A stretch of 64,000 nt of DNA from Paramecium tetraurelia (taxonomy: Eukaryota): contig CT867987.1 of NCBI GenBank assembly GCA_000165425.1, positions 124,001 to 188,000 of the forward strand. Reading direction: 5' to 3'. The first letter of the stretch is position 1, and every line of letters begins with the position of its first letter. The notes below the pieces were generated by a model. It saw nothing but the letters and a program-made list of their open reading frames with translations, searched no databases and had not been told where the DNA came from. Shown here in pieces: positions 54,401-64,000 of this stretch. Made by a program: the position numbers and the translations under genes.

Positions 54401-56551
54401 AGGCAGGGACCAAAAATCAAAGGTGGATAAGAGCAGTTCTTAAAAAGAGTAACGGGCAGATATTTTATAAGTTGTTTTGAGAGAACAAAATTTGGAGTAA
54501 AATGATGGACATAAATAAAATAAGCAATCTGTTACTAGTGCTACATCTGATAAAACCCAGAACTCTGTATATAATTTGATTAGAAAACTTACTTATTCGG
54601 AATAGATGCAAACTTCAATCATCAAAAGCATAGTTATTTGTATTGTTTTGACATTGATTATGATGGTACTAATAATTTCAGAGATGTAGATTGCACGGTC
54701 TAATACAGATTAATTGAAATATGATATACCTTTGGTGAGAATACCTCAGAGATTCAATCGACTTTATTGTACTTTTGTGACTTTAGGTTAATTGGATCTG
54801 TAATTGAATTTATTAAATCAATCTTATGGAGCTCTATATGAATATCGTGTTAAAAATGAAAGCATAATTAGAAGAGAAGAGATGTTGAGTATGATGACGG
54901 ATCTCAAAAATGAATTCGCAAAATTGGAGGAAGAAAATAGATTACCTGTTGTGGCAGTTCGAATAATTAATGAATTTTCATATTAGGAATTGAATATAAC
55001 AATGATTTAATTTGACTCTATGGTAAATGAATACACTGAGAGAATTAACTAATACTTATAAGGTACGGATGAAATTAGCTACGTAGAGAAGATTTAAGTG
55101 TTGGTCTAGTTTTTGAAGGGTAACTTGATTAATCAATTGAATCTCACTATCAAGTTAGTGAAAGAAATTGAAAATGAATTCTTTAATTTAATCACTTATT
55201 TTGAGACAGAATATCTTATATTTCTCTTAGTGTTACTTTGGATTATATTCTTTATGTTGATATTGCAATTTAGACAATGGCATTAACCGTATATATACAT
55301 GTAGACTGTTTTACTTCTCATAAGTAGGATATCAGAGAAGGATATTGAATATTCTTGTCAAAAGATGTTGTATATTTCGAATATGCTGGATAAAGATAAA
55401 CAACTATGGAAACATATCAATTATTTTAGAGAGTATTTCTGGTTCTCAAGAACAAGTACACACAATTCAATCAAATATACCTCAAGTTCTGTATCATAAT
55501 TAAAACAAACGTCGAAATAGAGTTCCACTAGAGTCAAATCAGTGTCCAGAATTCAAGAAACAAACTTTTCAATTCTTAATATCTACTTAATGTTGTTTTT
55601 CCTTTGGGTTCTATTGTCTGGATATGTTCTATCAACCTTCTTAATTATGAAACAGAATATGGAGGATTCTCAGCCTGAACTAAGATTGGCCATGGAATAT
55701 GTTAGATTCAAATAGGATTTAGATGGAGTTATGATAATTAGTTAATTACTAAAGAACCAATAGATCCTAATTGATGAAACCATGGCAAGTGGAGTGTTCC
55801 GTCTAAATCCAGAATTGAGCACCAAAGATAAATACTTTACTAGATTATATGCTGAATTGCTAAAATAGTTCGTTATTCTCCAAGAAGATTCTACTTCAAT
55901 TTTCGAACATATATATAATGATATAGTAGCATCCAAAAAAATCAGTTCAGCAAATAAAGATCTACTCTTAAAAATGTATGAGACTGACTTATGTCTGATT
56001 ATACCTTCTCAACTACCCTTCTGTGAATATGAAAATGGTCAATTCAAATATTTCCCTACATACCCATCAGCAGAGGATATGGATGACAATCGTATGCTCT
56101 ACAGATATGGAATTAATGGGATCTTTTAAACGTATTAATCATAATATAACTTAGCATATAATCCATCTTTACCACTCATTATTCTCTTGAACTCAACGGT
56201 ATTAAAGATACAAATTTGACTATAGTTAATTAATTCCTACAATCCCCAGAATATATCTAAGTCATTCTATCTTATACATTTGATATCAGTTTTGCACTAT
56301 TAGAATTCTATTATACTATTATCCAAGCCTCTTTGGACATTTTGGAAGAAGATTATCAAACGATTGTTATATATGTGGTCACTTTTGGCTTGGGGGCTTT
56401 AATTACCTTTTATTTAGTTATTTTTATTCGGGCCACTACACTTTAGTAGAGAGTCTAATCAATTAGATAAGCATTAATAATAATCCCTCACGAGTCACTT
56501 TAAGATTAATCAATATTAAATGCGATAAGAAAGATTGACAGAACTCTTTGA
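51478..56551 (+). CDS. Multi-pass membrane protein with PAS-like domain (ciliate-expanded type)
   Basis: N-terminal TM bundle, PAS-like INQLLPKYLQERHDEFVNNFL, later TM segments, C-terminal IRQALIIIPHESL. Confidence 0.7.
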
Positions 56552-56627
56552 TTTCTATATATAAAATTCCATAGGATTATACTTATAAACAAATAATTCA
56601 AATATGACTTATAAGTTCATTGAAATT

Positions 56628-57430
56628 TCATTGGTTTTCTTTATGTTTCCTTGATCTTTTGTACATCCTGGCATAAATAGCAGCTGCAATTGTGATGCCT
56701 CCACTACATAATAACCAAAATTTGGCTGCCTTATTTATTTTTAATAATTCCTCCTCTAGACTATCAATAAACGATTCTTTAGATGATCCTAAAATAATCA
56801 AAGGAGTAAAAACACCATCCTGCTATAATTTGCCACAAACACCATACTAATTTTATTTTTAATTATACCTATTAATTTGGTAGCAATGCAAATTCTGTAT
56901 ATGTAGTTTGAAAAACGTGTTGGTTGGCTATTTTAATTTATGACAATTCACTTTTCATTATATTCTCTCTCATTTTTGGAAGATTATATAATACAAGGGA
57001 TCGATTTGGCAAATATTTTACTTCTAATTAGTGGTTATCATTTCCAAGAGTAAATGATATTAAATGATCTCTTTTAAAGGTAATTACCTATCCCAAATTA
57101 ATCATGAGTCCATCTCCAACATCTTTTTACTTTTCTTTAATTGTAGGCACAATTGTAGATAGAATAGCCCTGACTGATTTATCTGAAAAGGTCGGTCTAA
57201 TAATACTCTAAGCATTCGTACTGTAAATTATTGGAAGTGATTTTTCCAGTCAAAACTAGGTATTGATTAATGGGTAGATCTGCTTTACTATTGATGTAAT
57301 CAAGATTGTAGAGAGCCATTTTATCAACATCTGTAAACATCTTTGAAAGTACTTTCTCCTTTCTAAATAAAACAACTGCCCTCAATGCAGCACATGATGC
57401 AGATGCAAGACAGAAGTTAGTAATTAGCAT
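56628..57430 (-). CDS. GIDE/MUL1-like two-TM protein lacking a RING finger
   Basis: N-terminal hydrophobic helix, YLVLTGKI, TEFALLPNQQYGVCGKL, SKESFIDSL, then TM FWLLCSGGITIAAAIYA and a short basic tail. Two introns. Confidence 0.55.
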
Positions 57431-57440
57431 TTATATAATA

Positions 57441-58156
57441 TCAAAAAAATATTTTAATTTCACTCGGTTCAAGCAATTAAGTAAGCATCGAATAATTTTC
57501 ATTCTTTATAATATTGATCGAGGAATCGTAATAGTTTTCGAATGACTCAAAATTAAATATCTTGTTTACTATTCCTGCTTATAATGAAGAATAAGCCTTT
57601 ATTAAAGAATTAACTTTACTTTTATAGCCTTGACTACTTTTTTATCGTTGTTATTGCATTTCTCTAGAATTTATTGAATAACTTCGCCTTTGACATCTTT
57701 AAAATGCTTTTGGATGAAAATTTCGATTTTTTTTGGTTATGATTGTTTTATTGACTAAATCTTAATCTCTGGATTGTTTTTGCTTTGTTTTGATTCCTGT
57801 ACTTTTGAATGGTTAGTACCTTTTACGATTTCTGGTTAAATACAATTTAATTATACTTTCGTAGATTGGTAGGAGATGTTTATGGGTTTCTTTATTTATG
57901 GCTTATTCAATAGATATCTTGAGGTTATTATTCTTTTTGGCTTAACTGCAATAGTGTTCAAAGTGTTCTTCAAAAGGCTTAAGATCTTGATATTTAAGTT
58001 CACCTCTAAAATGATAATATAAACTAACTGCTGATTGTCTCCAAAGAAAAAGACTCTGCATTTTTATTTATCTGGTTAATCGTATGCTATGGTGCATGGC
58101 CAATAGGGGTAGCCTTAGATCTTGCCCCAAAACACATCGTTCTTGTTAAATTGCAT
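57441..58156 (-). CDS. PWWP-domain protein
   Basis: MQFNKNDVFWGKIQGYPYWPCTI...CRVFFFGDN...DLKPFEE. Confidence 0.85.
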
Positions 58157-58174
58157 TAATTTTAATAATTTAAA

Positions 58175-58666
58175 ATGGCTTCACCATCTTAATTAATATT
58201 TATCGGACTCATCCATTTTGAGATTAGGGAGTAGGATAGAAGGATATTGAAGAAGTAAAGCTTAGCTTAAATAGAGGACTCTGATGTTAAGGAGTTTTTA
58301 AGAAGTGAACAGGAATATGAGAGAACTAGAAATAAAGCTCAGTCTCCTTTTTTCAAGAAAATGGATAAGAATCCCAATTATTTACTGGTTTTGGAACCAT
58401 CGTTGGTGAGTCAAGTGAACCAAACATTAAGAGGAATAGAGGATCATATAGCAGAACATCTCCCAATTGAATTACCTGAAGATGAATGGAAATAGAGAGC
58501 AATAAAAATATTATTAACTTGGAATCTGTCAGAAAAGAATGAATTGGCCAAGTTCGCAACTGGGAGTGAGTAAGTTGAGAAGCACTATCTGGAATTCGGA
58601 CTTTTATTTTTAGTATTGGCAGTTATTGGATATGTTATGATATTTGTGATGAAACACATGATTTGA
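58175..58666 (+). CDS. Tail-anchored membrane protein, 163 aa (possibly longin-like, no clear SNARE motif)
   Basis: Intronless code-6 ORF with a single C-terminal TM, FGLLFLVLAVIGYVMIFVM. Confidence 0.65.
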
Positions 58667-58704
58667 GGAAGATTAGATATTTATAATTTCAAACAATATT
58701 GAAT

Positions 58705-59392
58705 TCAACAGCATCCTCCATCCTTTTTCTTTTTTTTAGTTTGATCATCAGCTGTAACTCTGACGCTGGCATTTTGTGGTTTATCTACCTTCTTTCCTTC
58801 AACTAATTTGTTTTGTTCCTCATACAGGATCTACTCAGCTATCGACACAAACAATTCTTAGATTCCTTTGTTCTCCTTACAACTTGTAAGTTTGAGAGAA
58901 GCTCCAATTTGCTAAAATAGGGCTTTTGTCATTACCTGAGCATAGTTGTTTGCTTCGTCATAGGAAACTTTCTCATCTTCGATCAAATCGTTCTTATTTC
59001 CCACGAGAACTTAGACTAAAAATTAAATGAGATCTTACTTATCTTTTTTGGACCATGAGCTTTCAATTCATTTACCCAAGATTTAAGCACATCAAAGGAA
59101 TCTTTGTGTGTAATATCGTAAACTATCAATGCTACTTAAGCCTCTAAAAATAAATGAGCACTAAACCTCTATAATACAAGGGAGTGAGTGATTTGTATTT
59201 TTCTTATCCAGCAGTGTCCCAAATCTGAAATTTAAAATTGATTCCATTGACTTCTATGGTTCTAGCCATGAACGCAGCCCCCAAAGTAGATTCATGAGTC
59301 ACTTTAAATATATCAGAACAGAATCTCAGCACAATTGAACTTTTGCCCACTCCTGAATCTCCCAATAATACGACCTTAACTTCGCGATTCAT
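58705..59392 (-). CDS. Rab GTPase, Rab5/21/22-like
   Basis: GDSGVGKS, STLGAAF, WDTAGQE, GNKND, C-terminal KKKKDGGCC*. Confidence 0.92.
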
Positions 59393-59439
59393 TATTTAAT
59401 TAATTGATTAATGTTATAGAATATATAAAATAAGAGTCC

Positions 59440-61218
59440 TCATAAAATAATGTGGAATAACCAGAAAAAGACAAGCATTATCTCAGATGAATGAATCGTA
59501 CTCAAACAAGTGTCTGGACAGAAGTACTATCCAGTATCATAATCACTGCATTTTAAGCAATAGCCGTTGACACTTTTAAAAAATATGGAAATGCTTTATT
59601 CCTAATAAGTAGGAGGCACACTACCTTCATCGACAAACTAATCCAATTTAGTATCATAGTCTATGATTGTTTAGCATAAATAGCAAAATCCATCGTCATT
59701 AGTCTCAAGGCAATGACTAGGATAAGGCACACAGGATTTCATGTACAAAAAGTAATTATCCATGCATTATTAGCATAATTCTTAGTTAAAATTACATTGC
59801 TTGCATCCAAATTAGCATATTTTGCATTGTCCATCAATAGCTCCATAACCATCTTCACAATCCGTGCAAACACCTTTTACTTGGCAACTCTTACAGTTTT
59901 CCACTTCACAACTTTCACAAACTCCATTTAACTAGATATATCCTTCCTTACAAGTTTCACATTACTTCACTTTTTCATTGCATGTGATGCAATTATCTCC
60001 ACATGAAGAACAAGTTTTCCCATCCAATTCTAAGAAGTAACCATCTGCACATTAAATGCATTAAAATACATTTTTTGGAGTAATGTAACAATCTAAACAA
60101 TTTTGTGTTTTTTCTTTGCAAGTTATGCATTTTTGAGTAGAATTTTCTGTAAGTAAAATGAAGCCAATTAAACAAGTCTTGCAATATCCATTCTAATCAT
60201 TTATTGTTGCACAATTGTAAATATTTTTAATGCAAGTATATTTTAAAAGGTATGGGATTTCTTTTTCAAGATCTACATACCTATCCTAAAGTAACAAATA
60301 GCCAGGTTGACATTATGTGATCATCTCCAAGGATTCACATCTCCTAATGTGTGCTGTGTTTTCTTAGTTGACAATGCAAGTATCACATTTTTTGTCATCT
60401 TCATTATAAAAGTAGCCGTTTAAACATTGCGAGCATTCAAAATATGAAGATTAATCATCTCTAAATAGAGTAGTGCAATCCATGCAATTAGGAAATAAAT
60501 CTTAACACCTATTACACTTTGTTTTGTCATCATTTGGTATAGAATAGTAATTGCAAACGTTACATAGGGTAGTATTTTCGCAAGTATCACAATCTTTAAT
60601 GCACTGAATGCAAGAATTAGAACCATCCTTAAAATATCCTCTTTAGCATTCCTGACATACGTCTTTTTCACAAGTCTTACAACCACTAACACTACAAAGT
60701 TTGCAAACAAGATTTGATTGTGAAGTGGTCAAAAAGTAGCCATCCTAACACTTGTTACAAAATGCTAAATTAGCGCAGTCTTCGCATCCTTCTCCACATT
60801 ATCGACAAACAAATTCAAAATCAACATAGTATCCTAAATCGCATTCTAAGCATCTCCCGTGCATTGATATCAAAGCACATCGTCCCATAAAGACACAAAC
60901 ACCGTTTATATTCCTGTATCCGGATTGACATAATGTACAAACATATTATGTTAATAAAGGATTCTTGCAACAATTCTGACAGCCTTTTGGACAAGGTTTG
61001 CAGCTTGTATCCTCCTTGTCATAATAATAGTTATCGATGCAAGAAGTGCACCCGCCTTAACTCTCACATTAACAATTAGGTGATCTACATCTCAAACATT
61101 GCTATCCATTCCAGTAGTACCCTGTTGTTTTTGATTAACAACTCTACCTAAGTCTTGTTGTTTAGGTCTCCGTAATTGAACAATCTATACATTTTAATAA
61201 CAAAATCAATAATAACAT
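59440..61218 (-). CDS. Cysteine-rich (CxxC/furin-like repeat) surface protein, probable GPI anchor
   Basis: MLLLILLLKCIDC signal, many CxxC..CxxGYY repeats, hydrophobic C-terminus IMLVFFWLFHIIL*. 1779 nt. Confidence 0.85.
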
Positions 61219-61236
61219 AAAAAAACTATTATATTT

Positions 61237-62718
61237 TCAAATATTCTTTTAGTTCACTTCTTCTCCAATAACATAATGATTCTTTTTGCTTTTATTATGC
61301 CATACAATAGTAATAAGTAAGGATAAAACTAAAAATATTGTAATTCCATAAATTAGATAATTTGCTTTAGAGTCCGTATTTGAATTCATTTAAGATAATT
61401 CGTTTGGTAAAAACTTAATGGAATTTGTTGCCTTATACTAGATTTTCAACTAAGACCTGTCTTAAGTTAGAACTCTCCTTGATGCAAGCAAATCAGACGA
61501 TAGAACCAGATCAATTTATTGATCAAATTTGATGTCGGATTTCTTTATTTTGAATTTGTAAGTAATCTTTTAATCTCGTACAAATGAGAGCATAAAATCT
61601 AAACTATCATAAGCCTATCCATTTTATTCAAGATAAGCCTCCTTCAACATTACATTCTCTATTTTTAAGTCTTCATTATATATAGCTTAAGTGATAGTTA
61701 ATAAATCATTATTAACCTACCCTTTTGTTATTTCATTAGTAACTTCTAATTGAATGTTCCCATCTTCAGGAATAGTAATAATTTATGTGGTAGAAATGGA
61801 TGCAGATGTCTCTAAATTGGTAGTGATATCACCTAAAAGTAATAAATTATATTGAGCAATTTGAGCTGTAGTCAATGCAATGCTTAAAGAACATTGACGA
61901 ATAATCTTTGTTTTATCTTGAACCATTATTTTACAATACTAAGTAACTTAATCTTAAGTCAAATGGAAAGACAATTGTTTCTCACTATTGAGTGAAATTT
62001 AATTGGATGCCAAGACATATTCTATTTTATTAGATTTTATTTCCTATATAATATAAACCTTAGGAATTAAACATTAGCCTAAATTGACATCAAAGTCAAC
62101 TGTCACTTAATACATTCCTTATTTATCAATTAAAGAGTTTGCTTTATAAGCACTTTAGGTGGTTAAACCACTTAAAGTGTCAAAGCAAGAGTCGGGTATG
62201 CACTAATAGTTTATCATTGAAAAATGATCAATACAGTTTGTACATTCAAAATTTGCATCGCATTCTTTACAATTTAAATGACAATCAGTTGTCAAAGCAA
62301 ATTTTTATAATTTAGAATTTGTTCCTAAAATTTTAATATTTATTTTCTATTAATCTAAAACAGTTTTTATAATTATTTAATTATTTGGGTATGACTTCTA
62401 CTCTTACTTACTATCATTTATTAAAATCTGAGGTGTTTGAGTACTTAAATTTTAAAAGGTGAAGATAAGGTTGTATGTTGATTACTTTGATATTTTTAAT
62501 TTATCTTTTAGACATAACCCTGATTCTGGTATTTCATAACATTCAATCCAATTTTGATCATTATTTTTACAATTTGTTGGCACTATGAGTTGTTCACTTT
62601 TACAATCCATCCATATTTACTCTTCCCATTATACTTTTGAAGATCCCAGATTCGGGTAAACTGTAATTGCTTGGGAGATGGTTAGAATAGCAAATATCAA
62701 CTGGAGCAAGTAGTTCAT
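61237..62718 (-). CDS. Type I membrane protein with one furin-like Cys-rich repeat
   Basis: MNYLLQLIFAILTISQA signal, CHLNCKECDANFECTNC, TM YLIYGITIFLVLSLLITIVW. 1482 nt. Confidence 0.75.
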
Positions 62719-62797
62719 TAATTAAATTAATTAGAATATAAATTGACTAATGAAATTTGAAGTTAAATAATACAGATAGAATAACAAATATTCTATT

Positions 62798-63341
62798 TCA
62801 TTAAATGATCTCTTAATAAATTATCTAGTATTTTTAATAAGCAAATCCTATTATACAATCTATAACTTCAAAGGCTTGGTCTGCAATTTTTATCAGTTCC
62901 TTCTTCAATATTTTGATAAAATTTGTAATTGAGTAAATACTAAATTAGACTAACCTATTGCTAGAATATAGGATTATCGAAATTACCTATTAGTTATATA
63001 AATGCCATAAGAATGAGACTATCTCTAGAATCTTGATTATATTAGAATCTTAAGGTGCATAGTCTTTCAAAGTAGGATTCTTTATGAGTAGTTGATAATC
63101 TACCTGCTATTTTAATATACTCTCGACATCCATTGATGAGCACCTATAAATATTATAAATAAAGTAATCTACGTTGAAATACAATCATTTGACTCAAATT
63201 GAACACAGTTTTATTTAATCATCCAAAGAGTGTATAGCAAGATTCTAAGCACAATTTAAATTCACTAAATGATGTTGCCAGACACCCTCTGACCTGCCAT
63301 TTAAAAGAGATAGTCGAAATCTTTGTAAGAGTGCTAAGCAT
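62798..63341 (-). CDS. Hypothetical protein or gene remnant; exon structure unresolved
   Basis: Coding-like 3' exons ending ...KYQIIYQEIIQ* and intron-like GT..AG segments. I could not build a clean 5' frame. Confidence 0.3.
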
Positions 63342-63421
63342 GTTCTTGAATAAATATAATAATCAATAATATTTGGTTTCTCCAAAATAAATATAATTTG
63401 TTCCCATTATTTTTAAAGAAG

Positions 63422-64000
63422 ATGGGATGTAGTAAATCTGTTTCGATTGTTAAACCTCTTGATTTCTAAGAAATAAGGGAAATCACCCAGAAAATGATTG
63501 AGGGTGAAAATGAGATTATCACCATACTTTTTCCTGTAACTGAGAGATCTTAAAAGCGAAAAAGCACTATCACAGTATTTTTATCTCCTCGAAAGTCTCA
63601 AAGTCGTCAAGATTTGTATTAGTCACCCGTTCGAATTTCTGCCAGATCGAATTCAAGAATTTTCAAAGAAGAGAAGATCACAGAAAACATCTTAACTTTC
63701 ACTGAAAGATCCACTTAAATCCAGTCCATTAGTCTTGCTTCTGAGTCTCCAACAAGAAGAGATAGAGACGGAGGTAGTAGTGTCCATAAGGCTGCATCCT
63801 CCTTTCATTCTAATGTTGAAGGCCAGAAAATAGACAAAGAACCTGATCTTCATCCGATCGTACAATAGCAGATACAAAAGCTAGGATCATTCAAATTTTT
63901 GTAAGATTAAAATTACTCGGATTGTATTAAGTTGCAGCCCCATAGATTTTCTAATGGGGATGTCTATTCAGGTTGTTGGAAAAATAACCTTAAGCATGGT
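63422..64000 (+). CDS. MORN-repeat protein (5' part; continues beyond window)
   Basis: MGCSKS N-terminus; frame open to the window end; first MORN repeat FSNGDVYSGCWKNNLKHG. Confidence 0.85.

Noticed and set aside
63937..63960. Short hairpin CCCCAT...ATGGGG
   Set aside because: It lies inside MORN coding sequence and is short enough to be chance.

Overview
AT-rich, gene-dense ciliate DNA, most consistent with a Paramecium macronuclear chromosome. TAA/TAG read as Gln and TGA is the only stop (genetic code 6). Introns are ~20-32 nt GT..AG, and intergenic gaps are often <50 bp. The supplied standard-code ORF track is therefore fragmentary and sometimes in the wrong frame, so I re-translated genes by hand. 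Long genes were spot-checked at starts, stops, motifs and some introns rather than codon by codon. The window holds about 31 protein genes and one tRNA-Pro(CGG). They include p24, two MORN proteins, AGC, Aurora-like and CDPK kinases, a cNMP-binding protein, a divergent beta-like tubulin, a RING E3, QCR6, a SAS-6-like protein, an FCP/SCP phosphatase, an MROH-like HEAT protein and a TTL-like ligase. There are also two head-to-head four-domain cation channels next to a CNBD K+ channel, a PAS-like membrane protein, GIDE-like, PWWP, Rab and several secreted or surface proteins. Most notable: (1) a 17-bp TA-bounded, IES-like insertion that splits the tubulin GGTGSG motif; (2) paralogous four-domain channels with non-EEEE filters (D-D-D-D and N-D-D-N); (3) a signal-anchored TTL-like ligase and a secreted (EG)n protein; (4) two divergent start codons only 5 bp apart; (5) a MORN intron with no AG acceptor. 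I saw no mobile element, CRISPR array or telomere.
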